Of a stretch of 64,000 bases of DNA, positions 1 through 13,198 are shown piece by piece; position 1 is the stretch's first letter; the number at the start of each line of letters is the position of its first letter. The stretch is from positions 434,001 through 498,000 of the forward strand of contig NIVC01000514.1 of NCBI GenBank assembly GCA_002269645.1, given 5' to 3'. The notes under the pieces are model-generated. The model was not told the origin of the DNA, did no database searches, and worked only from the letters and a program-made list of their open reading frames with translations. The position numbers and the translations under genes were made by a program. Origin of the DNA: Macrostomum lignano (lineage: Eukaryota).

Positions 1-354
1 CTGACAGTGTAGAATGTTACTGACAGTGTCAAATGTTACTGACAGTGTCGAATGTTACTGACAGTGTCGAATGTTACTAACAGTGTCAGATGCTACTGAC
101 AGTGTAGAATGTTACTGACAGTGTCAAATGTTACTGACAGTGTCAAATGTTACTGACAGTGTCGAATGTTACTAACAGTGTCAGATGCTACTGACAGTGT
201 AGAATGTTACTGACAGTGTCAAATGTTACTGACAGTGTCGAATGTTACTGACAGTGTCGAATGTTACTAACAGTGTCAGATGCTACTGACAGTGTAGAAT
301 GTTACTGACAGTGTCAAATGTTACTGACAGTGTAGAATGTTACTGACAGTGTCA
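1..354. repeat. ~19-bp minisatellite (actgacagtgtcgaatgtt), continuing beyond the left edge
   Basis: Direct tandem periodicity. Confidence 0.95.
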
Positions 355-1484
355 GATGCAGGCGGCCTGAGCCATGCCAGATCTGAGTGTGTCGGGCATC
401 GCGGCGGTTCCAAAGCTTCAAAGCAACCGGATGCCAGGGGCGGAGACGGCTGACGCACCGGGGGCTGGGGCTCATTCAGCTCAATAATTCCGCCATCACA
501 ATGCCAATTGAGCTCGCACAATTCACCAGCGACATCAATAACAACAGCAGCGGCAGCGGCTTGAATTGGCGAGGCTGACCGGAAGCGACGCGGCCCGCGC
601 TGTCCGCTGCGCTGCAGCCGCCGCCTTCGAGCTCAGGAAGCCGCCCGCCTGTGAGGCGGCCCGGCGCAGCGGAGAAGCTGGAAAAGGGGGGGGAGAGGAA
701 GGGAGAAATCAAGATTCATGACTTGATGAAGCTGCTTCTCAAAGTAATGGAGGAATCTGGTCTCCGGGCCTTCTTCCTCTTCACTCTGCGGCCTGCGTGT
801 CAGCGCGAATGGCATTAAAAATGCTGACGGGCCCGGCGGGAGGAGGCGCTGGGGAGAGAAGCGAAGCCGAGGCGCCTCCGCCAACTTCTTTGGCCCGAAG
901 GCTTCGGATTCAGAGGGAAAATTTCTGCTTTCGCTTCGGAGCTCGGAGCTGATCGAGTCCCCCCCCCCCAATCACGCTTGACACTCCGGGCGGATTGGGA
1001 GAATTGGGAGAGGGGATTTGTCAAAAAAACGACAACATGCCGAGAGTCGAGGCTTGCCGCGCTCTCCGCAGTCTCCTAGTAGCAGAGTTGAGCAGCAGAG
1101 TTGAGCAAATATTTGCTAACGGGCCGAGCTGTTGGGAGCGCGGATGCGGGGGATCGGAGTCATTAACTGATAAGGTGAAAAGCTCAGCGGCGGCCTTCAC
1201 AGGTTCCGAAATCCCTCCGCTGCAAGCAATGACCCTTATCAGCTGATCCGGTGATTAGCCGCAGTGCAAAAGCTGACTGCAGTTTCTGTGTTAGCAAAAC
1301 TGCGACACCGAGCACTGCGAGGGCTGCGGCTCTCCTGCCGCCGACAAGCCAATCTGCCTGTGCGAGTTAATTAATCCGCCTGAGCCGCTGCTGTGTTTGC
1401 TTGACCCCCGCTGTGTGACATTGCACCAGGGCTGTTGCCGGGCTGGGGCAATCGGGGAATTCTTAGGGGTGCGATTTCAAGAAT

Positions 1485-1882
1485 CTGGGGGAATTCTGGG
1501 AATTCGGTAGGCTTTTTGGGGAATTCGGTAGGGTTTTGGGGAATTCGGTAGGCTTTTTGGGGAATTCGGTAGGGTTTTGGGGTAATTCGGTAGAGTTTTG
1601 TGGGAATTCGGTCGGGTTTTGTGGGAATTCGGTAGGCTTTTGTGGGAATTCGGTAGGCTTTTGTGGGAATTCGGTAGGCTTTTGTGGGAATTCGGTCGGG
1701 TTTTGTGGGAATTCGGTAGGGTTTTTTGGGAATTCGGTAGAGTTTTGTGGGAATTCGGTTGGGTTTTGTGGGAATTCGGTAGGCTTTTGTGGGAATTCGG
1801 TTGGGTTTTGTGGGAATTCGGTAGGGTTTTGTGGGAATTCGGTAGGGTTTTGTGGGAATTCGGTAGGGTTTTGTGGGAATTG
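1485..1882. repeat. 21-bp minisatellite (gggaattcggtagggttttgt)
   Basis: Direct tandem periodicity. Confidence 0.95.
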
Positions 1883-2395
1883 GGTCGTGTCTGACAGAAT
1901 TCAGCAGGATTTTGGGGATTCGGTTGGTTTTAAGGGACTCGAGTGGGATGAGAAGAGATGCCTGGCTTCACAGTCAACCAGATGTGGGAAAATTGCAGCA
2001 GCTGAACGACAGGCAGCAAGCGGCACCGGACACCCGAAAAGCGCGAGCGGGAAGAGGCTGTCTGCAGAGACGGCGGACAGGAGGGGATAATATCCCGAGA
2101 ATATCCGCAGGCTCCGTGTCGTGTTTCGCTCCTTCTTTCATCGCCTCCAGGGACTTGAAAAGAAGCTGGGCGGGGCAAAGCCGGCCATTCATCTCCCAGG
2201 CGATCCCCATTGAATTCTCCCAGCTCACACGGCTTGGCGGGGATCAGAATGCGAGCGGCGGGGATTTGGCCAGTCGCCAAATGTCTCGCGCGGGGCTGCT
2301 GGGATCTGGGATGGAGCTCAGCAGCTGAGCTGGCGTTTCTAGGCCTGTAAGATGAGCGCCGAGTCAGGGGGCAGCTGATTTTTTGGCGAGGGGAT

Positions 2396-2898
2396 CTCAA
2401 CTCAGCTCAGCTCAGCTCAGCTCAACTCAGCTCAACTCAGCTCAGCTCAACTCAGCTCAGCTCAACTCAGATCAGCTCAACTCAGCTCAGCTCAACTCAG
2501 CTCAGCTCAACTCAGCTCAGCTCAACTCAGATCAGCTCAACTCAGCTCAGCTCAACTCAGCTCAGCTCAACTCAGCTCAGCTCAACTCAGCTCAGCTCAA
2601 CTCAGCTCAGCTCAACTCAGCTCAGCTCAACTCAGATCAGCTCAGCTCAGCTCAGCTCAACTCAGCTCAGCTCAGCTCAGCTCAACTCAGCTCAACTCAG
2701 CTCAGCTCAACTCAGCTCAGCTCAACTCAGCTCAGCTCAACTCAGCTCAGCTCAACTCAGATCAGATCAACTCAGCTCAGCTCAGCTCAGCTCAACTCAA
2801 CTCAGATCAACTCAGATCAACTCAGCTCAACTCAGCTCAGCTCAACTCAACTCAGCTAAACTCAACTCAACTCAGCTGAACTCAACTCAGCTCAGCTG
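2396..2898. repeat. Pentanucleotide array (CTCAG/CTCAA)n
   Basis: Direct tandem periodicity. Confidence 0.95.
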
Positions 2899-4475
2899 AA
2901 AAGTATCAATTTTCAATCAGATCAGCCAATCTGTCAATCAGGCAGCAGAAGTGAGCCACCGTCGCGTATCGCGGGGGAGCTGAGACTTCTGTGTGGCCCC
3001 CGCATGTCGAGCGCACACCGGAAATTCAAGTCGAAGCCGCAGATTGCTGCTGAGATTGTGACGGAGAGGGAGGCAGGGAGAGTGAGACAGAGATCTCGCT
3101 GACTTTGATGAAGCAATAACGAGGCTGAGCAAAAAAAGTGACTGCTCAAGTTGATAGGGGTTCTAAGTTTCTCAGAAAGGCATTGCCTCATCAACACAAT
3201 GCCTGGCCGAGGCAGCTGGAAATGCGATACTCCTGACTTGCCAGCCTTATTGAGCGGTACAAAAACTGCGGCCCGCCGGCACCCATCGATCCTCCACCCC
3301 CCCCCCCCCCCGAAAAAAAGCTCGGCGGCTGCGGCATAAAAATCTCGGGCACGGGAGACGGATCTTTAATTCGATGCGGGAAACTCGAAATCGCGTCTTC
3401 AGCCTCCGCCGGCTCTCCTGGGAGCCTCTGCCGGAGTAGCAAAAGTCGTTACGCTGCCCCCGACCTCTTTGTCGGGGCTATCGGGGAACAAAGTCGGGGA
3501 AGCCACCGGGGATAACCAGGGCCGCATTAGCTGGGGCAGCTTTTTACTCCCCGTGTTTATTTGATCCTCGAGCGGGGGGAGGCGAGTTGACAAAACCGGG
3601 GGCGCTGAGCCGCAATGGCCGCTGGAATTGCGGGAATCGGCCCGCCGAGACGCAGGCGCTGAATTAATCATGAGCCGCGGCGGTGCGCGAGTGGCTTCTG
3701 AGGTTTCCGCGCTGCGCATGATGAGGGAATAAAATTTCAGCGGAAAGGGAGAGTGACTGAGGGGGGAATCACAGGGCCTCACCAGTGAGCCACCATAACA
3801 GCCCCGTTTTGATGCGGACAGGCAGTTAATGCGCTGTGGGATTAACCTGGCCGGCCGATTATCTCACCGCCCCTCCCCCCATAGGCATGTTAGCGGCCGG
3901 CTGCCCGCCCACTGCGGCATCCCAAATCCCAGACCAGCTTGTTAATCCGGAGGGCAGCGGCCCCACACGCTCGGCGCAAATGGCTCATATCCACAGCATC
4001 GCAGATTAGGGGCGGGGATTAGCTGAGGAGGGGGTGGCAGCTTAATGTCCAGAGACTCTGAACTCTCAGCGGCTCTCAACTTCGGCTGCTCAGCGAACAA
4101 AGGCGGGCAGGACAATGGCCAGTTTCCCCGGGTTTGCCTGTCCACAGTAAAACATGTTGATGGGGCATTTAAGTGGGGCGCCTTTTAATTGCCCCCGCGC
4201 TGCCGCTTGTGCGGGCATAAAAATGTCGGTACGAGTAAATGCCGCGACTGCCGGCTCCACCCACCGAGGGTGCCTTCAATATTTCAGCAGCAGCTAAGAA
4301 AGCCATTGATTGTCTTTAAATAGCGCTTCACTGCCGGCGTGGGGGCCACAAAGTTCCTGCATTTGCGCACCATAAGAGTCAGTTGCTGGGTGCTAGCTCG
4401 TAAATATTGGCCATTTGCAGTCTTTTCTGGAATTAAGAGCTTCAGCAACTGCTTGAGACAGATAACAGACTGCAG

Positions 4476-5718
4476 ACCCATAGACAGTAGACTGTGTGAC
4501 TCATAGAGAGTAGACTGTGTGACCCATAGACAGTAGACTGTGTGACACATAGACAGTAGACTGTGTGACCCATAGACAGTAGACTGTGTGACTCATAGAC
4601 AGTAGACTGTGTGACACATAGACAGTAGACTGTGTGACCCATAGACAGTAGACTGTGTGACTCATAGACAGTAGACTGTGTGACACATAGACAGTAGACT
4701 GTGTGACCCATCTACAGCAGACTGTGTAAACCATAGACAGCAGACTGTGTGACACATAGAGAGTAGACTGTGTGACCCATAGACAGCAGACTGTGTGACA
4801 CATAGAGAGTAGACTGTGTGACCCATAGACAGCAGACTGTGTGACACATAGAGAGTAGACTGTGTGACCCATAGACAGCAGACTGTGTGACCCATAGACA
4901 GTAGACTGTGTGACCCATAGACAGTAGACTGTGTGACCCATCTACAGCAGACTGTGTGAACCATAGACAGTAGACTGTGTGACCCATCTACAGCAGACTG
5001 TGTGAACCATAGACAGCAGACTGTGTGACACATAGCTTAGACTGTGTGACTCATAGACAGTAGACTGTGTGACCCATAGACAGTAGACTGTGTGACACAT
5101 AGACAGTAGACTGTGTGACCCATAGACAGCAGACTGTGTGACACATAGAGAGTAGACTGTGTGACCCATAGACAGCAGACTGTGTGACACATAGAGAGTA
5201 GACTGTGTGACCCATAGACAGCAGACTGTGTGACTCATAGACAGTAGACTGTGTGACCCATAGACAGTAGACTGTGTGACACATAGACAGTAGACTGTGT
5301 GACCCATAGACAGCAGACTGTGTGACACATAGAGAGTAGACTGTGTGACCCATAGACAGCAGACTGTGTGACACATAGAGAGTAGACTGTGTGACCCATA
5401 GACAGCAGACTGTGTGACCCATAGACAGTAGACTGTGTGACCCATAGACAGTAGACTGTGTGACCCATCTACAGCAGACTGTGTGAACCATAGACAGCAG
5501 ACTGTGTGACCCATAGACAGCAGACTGTGTGACCCATAGACAGCAGACTGTGTGACGACACATAGACAGCAGACTGTGTGACCCATAGACAGCAGACTGT
5601 GTGAACCATAGACAGCAGACTGTGTGACGACACATAGACAGCAGACTGTGTGACCCATAGACAGCAGACTGTGTGAACCATAGACAGCAGACTGTGTGAC
5701 CCATAGACAGCAGACTGT
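4476..5718. repeat. ~23-bp minisatellite (catagacagtagactgtgtgacc and variants)
   Basis: Direct tandem periodicity. Confidence 0.95.
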
Positions 5719-6396
5719 TGAATAACAGAAGAGCTAAAAATTCAGATCGTGGGGATGCGTTATAATTCTACATCCGGGTTGGGGAATTTCGAAAAAAAAC
5801 TCAATGCTTGTTCCCCCTACCGCTGCTTGAACTGAGAGTCCCAATCGAGTCTAATTTGCCCGCCGCGTTCTGTCTGGTCGCAGCTGGGCAATAATAATAC
5901 AGTAATTGCAGTGCACTTGGGGGTCAGGCCTGCTGTCACAAAGTGTGACTTCGAACCCCCAGCAGCTGAGTTGTGTTTGCCGTGTTCTCCCAGCAGCCCG
6001 AGCCCGGAATGACTCCATCAATTAGCTGGCGCAATTATCACGTGACTGTCAGCAGCTCGCGTGCAGAGTGCCGAGCGATCCGGGCTGCGGAAGGGCAGGG
6101 ACCAGCAGCCCCCCGTAGATCCCCTTCAACAACTTTCGTGCTAAATTCGAATTTCCTGCGCGAACTGTCATCGAGGCGGCGGCGAGCAGTTGCTCATCAG
6201 CGCCTCGGCAGCTCTTAATTCGCTTGTCCGGTCCGTCTGTGCTGGCGGACAAATTAGCTGTTGCATTCGGTTATCTGACGGCTGATACTCATGATGCTAC
6301 TGCCAGTAGGAGCAATGTACAATGGATGGCATGAGGACACGCATCTGTGTCTGTACGACAGGCGCTACATGTGTATTTTAACGTGTCTGTACATCT

Positions 6397-6397
6397 C

Positions 6398-6454
<57 letters not shown>

Positions 6455-6455
6455 C

Positions 6456-6545
<90 letters not shown>
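6397..6545. repeat. (GACA)n microsatellite
   Basis: Direct. Confidence 0.97.
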
Positions 6546-8149
6546 TGTACCGGGTACACGTGCACTTTGCGGGAGTGCACAGTGCTTGCCTACGTTGAAT
6601 TGTGCTCAGGGATCACATGGAATAGGAATTTAAAGTCAACTATAGTTCCTCCTCGTTTGTTGCGAGTTGCCCGCTACTGCAGCAACAAGTCATGCGCCTC
6701 GATAGTAGCGGATTTAGTGAGGGGGCGCAAAGGACGCGCGTTTGTTGTTTTAAACTTTTTATAGCTATGGGCAATACATTATCGAATACATAAATAATCA
6801 AAGGAAAAGTAACCTTAGTAATCTGCCCCTCCCTTCAAAATTTTCCTCGTGAACTCCCGTAAATCTAGCCGCATGCCATCCTCATAAAAAATTGCCAAAA
6901 GACTATTTTTGCTGCACTGACGCCGTCGGCATACTTGCATGCATCTTCAAGATTCAATCTGAATTAACAGCACATTTGGCCGGAAATAAAAAACAGCCAT
7001 GCATCTAACTAGTAAATTTCATCGATTTAAAAATGAAAAATTTAAATTAAAAATTATGTCGAGGTGGTTTCTGACCGGGGCGAGCAACAGTGAACCGGTA
7101 CATGTACTGTACATGTATACTAGATTTCTTGACTCAAAAGTTTCACAGGGCCGACGCGAGAAATGATCGAATCGATGATGAATGCTGTTTTCTTTTAAAG
7201 AAGTTCTAAAATTAATTTGACGCTACTTGACTTATTTGACTTAGCCGCAGGGCGCGGTCAAAAGACGCAAACGGGGAGGTGAGCGTCGCCCATTCCGCTA
7301 ATCAATGGAAGTGCATATTCTTGTGCGCGGGGCCGGTCAGGGTTGTCTCTGCGCCAGACCTGTCTGCAGCGTGGTCCTAGGTAGTGAAGACAGAGGTTTA
7401 GTAGCCTGAAGGAACCGCGGATGATGAGCCATGGGGATGTTCTTCGGGCCCGCAAGCGTCGTCGTGTCCAGGCCCGCGGGAGGGCCGTTGGGTCCGCGAG
7501 GTATAGTAGTGGAGCCGGTCTCGGTTAAAGCTGGCCGCGGGCGACGGCCAACTATCGCTTAAAAAGGTGAAATGCAAGAAAGTAATTCCCATGCAGTTAT
7601 TTCTCAAATTTGACCTCTGAACTTCCGCAGATAATATGAAGCTACGGTCTGTAGCTACGCTAAAGATCCTGTAAATAAGGACTAAAAAAGACCAAGGTCG
7701 ACTTGAACAATCACCTTACATGGAAGTAGAAACGATTTGATAAGCTTGGGGCCAGAAGCATTCGTGTAATAAATGAAAGACAAAATAAAGCTTCCAAGCA
7801 TAGACTGGTGAAGTGAAAATATAGGATTTTTTAATAAACGTGCATGGGTGCATGTCTAGCCCCAACATCAAAAGGCATTGCTCCACTAGCCCCCCGTTTC
7901 TTACTTGACATCTATGACTCTGTCAGTCCTATTAAGATATCACGATTTCAGGATATCTGTTTTAAATTTCACATTCTTAGAAATCGACCTAGAACGGGAA
8001 GTGAGACCTAATATTATAAATTTAATTAACATTTATTTACAGTATAGTACAAGCAAGAAAGCATGCAAACCTTAGATATGAAGTATATTTAGAAGTATAG
8101 TTAGATTATAGGGCAATCTATATCGATATCAATCTATCAATCTATACCG

Positions 8150-8272
8150 ATAATCGGCTATCTTCAAGTTTCGTTCGTTTAATTATTTCCGGAATTATTT
8201 CGCCCTCTATTCAAGGGTGGTGGGGGGTGGGTGTTAGAATTAAACGAACGAAACTTGAAGAAAGCCGATTAT
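8150..8272. repeat. 35-bp inverted repeat with 53-bp spacer (mini-MITE / cruciform)
   Basis: ataatcggctatcttcaagtttcgttcgtttaatt (8150-8184) pairs with aattaaacgaacgaaacttgaagaaagccgattat (8238-8272), with one mismatch. Confidence 0.85.
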
Positions 8273-9323
8273 AGCTGGACAAGGCTAGGTTTAGGCCTAA
8301 ATATATGAAAACTAAATGAATTTGGGCTAGGCAACAATTATATTGCTAGCTAGCCTAGCCCAGCAGGTAGTAAGTAGGCCTACTTTTTCAATCTATTAAG
8401 TCTTTAATAAAATTTTATTTCAATCTTTATATCACTAACTTTTTATACAATTAGCAACCTTTGTAGGCTTAATAAATGAATTATATTTAGAATTTTTTTA
8501 GAAATATTTAGAAAAGATAAAATATTCTTTTTTAAATAATTTATTATTCATTAATAAAAAATAAAAATATCTAGCCTCTCTCTCTATCTCTCTCCCCTCA
8601 TTGCACTTTGTGAGTGCTCTGCTGGATTGTGCAATCTACTGTTAATCTATATATACATTTCTAACTTTTACCAACCCATTTTTGTCTAAATTGTTAAATA
8701 TAAATAAATAAACAAATAAATTGTAACTAAATTTTAAGAGCCTGACAATGCCTGATGCAAGGCAAAACATTTGCATAACAAAAAGTGATACTGATCGTCT
8801 GATAGTGCTCATGTTCTTAATTAGACTAAGATATTTGTCTCTACCTTTGTGTTTGTCTCTGTCTTTGTCTTTGTCTTATCTGTGTCCCTATCCCTATGCT
8901 TATCTTTGTCTTATCTGTGTCCCTATCCTTATGCTTGTCTTTATTTCTTTCCTTGCCCTTGTCTAGTGTTCTGCCATAAAGAGGGTCCATGTGCCATAGC
9001 CATAGCCATAAGCAAAACTATGGCTTATTCCGATTTTCTATATTCCATAGTTGTAGAAACCTCAATATTATTATATTCTTATAGTTCCCATAGCCTTAGC
9101 TATAGTTTTAAGAAAAGTCTAAGAAACAAATATTTTGAACCACGAAGATAACCTAGAACTTAAACAACTGCAAATTAAGGTAGAAAATAAAACAAACACT
9201 CAGTTGCCTTTATAAGATTATAACTCATCTTTATACAAAGAGTAATGATACTTAATCACTATTAAAAGTACTACTGCTGAACTTTTTGACATTAATAAAA
9301 GTTAGAGTTTGCTAATGTTTTAT

Positions 9324-10109
9324 GGCTCATTCCATATAAGCATGGTCGTAACATGACAGGTTATTTTTACTTATAAAATGAAATCTAATAATAGAATATA
9401 CTAAACCAATATTTTAAATGAAAGATTATTTTGTCTAGAATATATTTATAGAGTTTCATATAGATATCATCATTAGTATAGATGCTATTAAACCTTAAAT
9501 GACACTTATGGTCGTAACGACAGGATTTTTGACATATAGAAACTAAAAGGTAAAAGTCTTATAACATTTTTCATTTTTGATATTTTGCAATACATTTTTA
9601 AAATTTGACTAAGAACATCTTTAGAAATCATACTCTTTTATTAGAATATATAAACTCAAAAGGCAACAAAGATACAAAATAAAAGGCAGCCTTATGGTCA
9701 TAACATTATGGTCGTAACATATTTTTTTCTGTCAATTCAGTAACTTTGAGGTACTAATACATTAAAAATATAATAGATTATTTGGTCACCAATGCTTTTA
9801 TCTGATGATGCAAGTACTATACTTTTATCTATAGTTTGTTTCAACCTTCAAAAGCTTTCTATTTGTTTTTAAAAGGTATAGAATCTTAATGATGTCTTTT
9901 GCTTCGAAAAATGTCCAAATTTTTACAAAAATGACTTTTTGCCAATTGATAACATACTAATCCAACATTTTACCATTCTTTTATTCTTAGATTGTATATA
10001 TTGCATAATATAAACATTTGGTAAAAAAATAGGCTAATTAGGCAATGGCAAGCAAAAATATTGACTTTTTTCTATTTTCCAAATATGTCCATCTTATATG
10101 GAATGAGCC
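9324..10109. mobile_element. Non-autonomous TIR DNA element with GG...CC termini and 4-bp TSD (Kolobok-like)
   Basis: Perfect 17-bp TIR ggctcattccatataag (9324-9340) / cttatatggaatgagcc (10093-10109), flanked by ttat on both sides (9320-9323, 10110-10113). AT-rich non-coding interior with repeated tatggtcgtaac. Confidence 0.7.
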
Positions 10110-10404
10110 TTATTGTACTTTATTAGATATAATTTATAAGTTTTTAAGTCTATAATATAGTTTACCAAAGTATCTTTGTTTTACTCTACCTATTTGTGTT
10201 TTTAATATTTTTTAATTTTTTTAAATTAATAACTATAGCTATGGGAATCTACAGAATATGACAGCAACTATCATATTTCTATAGTCATAGCCATAAGAGC
10301 AGCTAGCTACTGTAGGTGTATCCATAGTTGCCGTAGGCACCTTTTTTACTATATTTTCTGTAGGATCCCATAGCCATAGTCATAGCTACGGCAAAACAAT
10401 ACCC

Positions 10405-10895
10405 TTGTCCCTATCCCTGTCCTTGTTTCTATCATATCCCTGTCCTTGTTTTTATCATATCCCTGTCCTTGTTTCTATCATATCTCTGTCCTTATCCCTG
10501 TCCTTGTCCACCTTGTCTCTGTTCCTGCACCCATCCTTGTCCCCACCTTGTTCTTATCCCTGTCCCTGTAACTCTCATTGCTCCTATTCTTGTCTCTGTC
10601 CCCATCATTGCTTCTATTCCTGTCCCTGTCACTGTCATTGCTTATATCTCCATCCCTATCCCTATCATTGCTTCTATCCCTGTCCCTGTCCCTGTCACTG
10701 TCATTGCTTATATCTCCATCCCTATCCCTATCATTGCTTCTATCCCTGTCCCTGTCCCTGTCACGGTCATTGCTTCTATTCCTGTCCCTGTCACTGTTAT
10801 TGCTCCTATTCCTGTCCCTGTCCCTGTCACTGTTATTGCTCCTATTCCTGTCCCTGTCCCTGTCACTGTTATTGCTCCTATTCCTGTCCCTGTTG
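10405..10895. repeat. Degenerate pyrimidine-rich hexamer-based repeat (CCTGTC/CCTATC); related tract at ~8836-8965
   Basis: Direct; abuts the first visible TYW2 exon. Confidence 0.85.
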
Positions 10896-10908
10896 CCTGA
10901 CAACCAAG

Positions 10909-12810
10909 CAGCCACTCAAAGGTCCAAATCCCCGCTGCAGTCCTGGCGTGAGCAGCTCGCCCACAGCTTGCTGGCGGCAGCAGCTGAGGCCACTGGCTGC
11001 GCGGCCCCCCAGCCGGCTTGGCTGGCGCAGCTGCCCCGCAGCTACAGCCGCTACGGCGACCTGGCGCTGTTCCCAGAGGGCACCCTGGACCACCCCAGCT
11101 TCGCCGAGCTGGCCGCCTCGGGCCGGCTGTGGCCGACCGTCTGCGGCTTACTGAAAGTTCGCCGGCTGGCCGTCGTTCGCCGCGTCGCCCGCGATGGAGT
11201 CCGGAGCTCGCGCAGCCGCTTGCTGTACACCGAGCCCGGCTGCGACCCCGCCAGCGCCACCGTGGCCACCTGCGTTGAGCACGGAGTCTCGTTATCCTGG
11301 GACATTGCCGACTGCATGTTCAGCCGGGGCAACGCGGCCGAGAGGCATCGCCTGGTGCCGCTGGTGGCAGCGGCCGCTGCTGATGGCAGCGAGTCCTGCA
11401 TTGTTGATCTGTTTGCCGGTGAGATCAGGGCGTTCCTGACTTCAGTTATGCTATAACTTTAGGTTGCCCCGATCCCCGCAGCCTTAACTAGGTTATCCCC
11501 ATTCCCATTGCCTCAGGTTATCCCCATTCCCACAGCCTCAGGTTATCCCCATTCCCACAGCCTCAGGTTATCCCCATTCCCACAGCCTCAGGTTATCCCC
11601 ATTCCCACAGCCTCAGGTTATCCCCATTCCCACAGCCTCAGGTTATCCCCATTCCCACAGCCTCAGGTTATCCCCATTCCCACAGCCTCAGGTTATCCCC
11701 ATTCCCACAGCCTCAGGTTATCCCCATTCCCACAGCCTCAGGTTATCCCCATTCCCACAGCCTCAGTTTATCCCCATTCCCACAGCCTCAGGTTATCCCC
11801 ATTCCCACAGCCTCAGGTTATCCCCATTCCCACAGCCTCAGGTTATCCCCATTCCCACAGCCTCAGGTTATCCCCATTCCCACAGCCTCAGGTTATCCCC
11901 ATTCCCACAGCCTCAGGTTATCCCCATTCCCACAGCCTCAGGTTATCCCCATTCCCACAGCCTCAGGTTATCCCCATTCCCACAGCCTCAGGTTATCCCT
12001 CCATTTGTATCCGCACCACCTGCGCACCCTGGCTCCCTGGCAGGCATCGGTTACTTCACGCTGCCGCTGCTGGCCCGCACCGGGATCGCCCAGGTGATCG
12101 CCATCGACTGGAACCCGGCTGCCCTGCGCTGGCTGCGCCGCAACCTGCAGAACAATCGCATCGGCGAGTCGCGCTGCCGCGTCCTGCAGGGCGACAACCG
12201 GCTGGTGGCGCCCGCCGGCCTGGCGGACCGAGTGCTCCTGGGCCTCGTGCCCAGCTCCCGCCTGTCCTGGCCAGCCGCCTGCCGCTGCCTGCGGCCCGCC
12301 GGCGGCTGGCTGCACGTGCACGAGAACTGCGACTCGCCCAGGGAGGCGACCGGCTGCAACAAAGACCATCCGAATGCTGATGGAAGCGACAAAGACTCCG
12401 AGGATGCTTCTAGAACTGACAAAGACCTGTCTGTTCGCGGGAGCAGCGATGGCGCCTTTGGCGGCTTAGCAATCACCTCTAATTGCTTCTACAAAGACCG
12501 CGCCGCAACAGCCGCTGCACACGCGGCCTTCCTGAACTCTCCGCATGCGCCTGCAGCGGAGCTGCCGCCACCAGACGCCGCTGACTGCGACGAGGACCCG
12601 CTGGCGGAAGCGGCCGAGACGCCACCAGTCTGCAGCCGGTCGCGCCCGCACCCGGCCTGGCTGTCCATGGCCGCCTCGATGGCGCGCGAACTTCGGCGCC
12701 ACCTGCCGCCTGGCTGGCGCGTCAGAGTGGCGCGCATCCAGTTCGTGAAATGGTACGCTCCCCGCGTGGCGCATCTCGTGTTTGATGTGGAATGCCGACC
12801 GGCCGGCTGA
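10909..12810 (+). CDS. TRMT12: tRNA wybutosine-synthesizing protein 2 (TYW2/TRMT12, Met-10+/Trm5-like SAM-dependent transferase); 5' exon not located
   Basis: Exon ~10909-11418 (LPRSYSRYGDLALF...DIADCMFSRGNAAERHRL...IVDLFAG) joins via GT 11419 / AG 12043 to exon 12044-12810 (IGYFTLPLL...IDWNP...GDNR...ADRVLLGLVPSS...GGWLHVHEN...VKWYAPRVAHLVFDVEC). Splicing rebuilds the DLFAGIGYF SAM-binding motif typical of TYW2. Confidence 0.9.
11483..12000. repeat. 25-bp minisatellite (ttatccccattcccacagcctcagg) filling the TYW2 intron
   Basis: Direct tandem periodicity between donor 11419 and acceptor 12043. Confidence 0.95.
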
Positions 12811-13198
12811 CCCGACCGGCTTTGCCTACTGTCAGTAGCGTAGCAGGTGTTTTGAGTTTTAATAGTAGATTGATTAGTGCCTGGGTTTTCTAATTATGCT
12901 CGAATTTTTGCAATTGTTTGCATTTTTATTGAAATATATGCTTCATGCATCCGTAAATATTTTACACTATGAAATAATGCTTTCATTTGTTTTTTTTTAT
13001 TTTAAACTGCCACTCAATCCCTGGTCAGTCCCAGAGTCTGTCTGTCCACTCAATCCCTGATCAGTCCCTGAGTCTGCCTGTCCAGTGTCCACTCAATCCC
13101 TGATCAGTCCCTGAGTCTGCCTGTCCACTCAATCCCTGATCAGTCCCAGATTCTACCTCAGAAGCCGTCAACCTGAAGCTCACCCCTCACTCTTGCAG

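Noticed and set aside
355-1250. Possible exons at the left end
   Set aside because: GC-rich, but I found no recognisable motif or phase-consistent splice model on either strand.
1536-5704. Repetitive-peptide ORFs (GNSVGFC, SAQLN, HTVYCLWVTQS, TDRQ)
   Set aside because: These are translations of non-coding minisatellites with no splice or start context.
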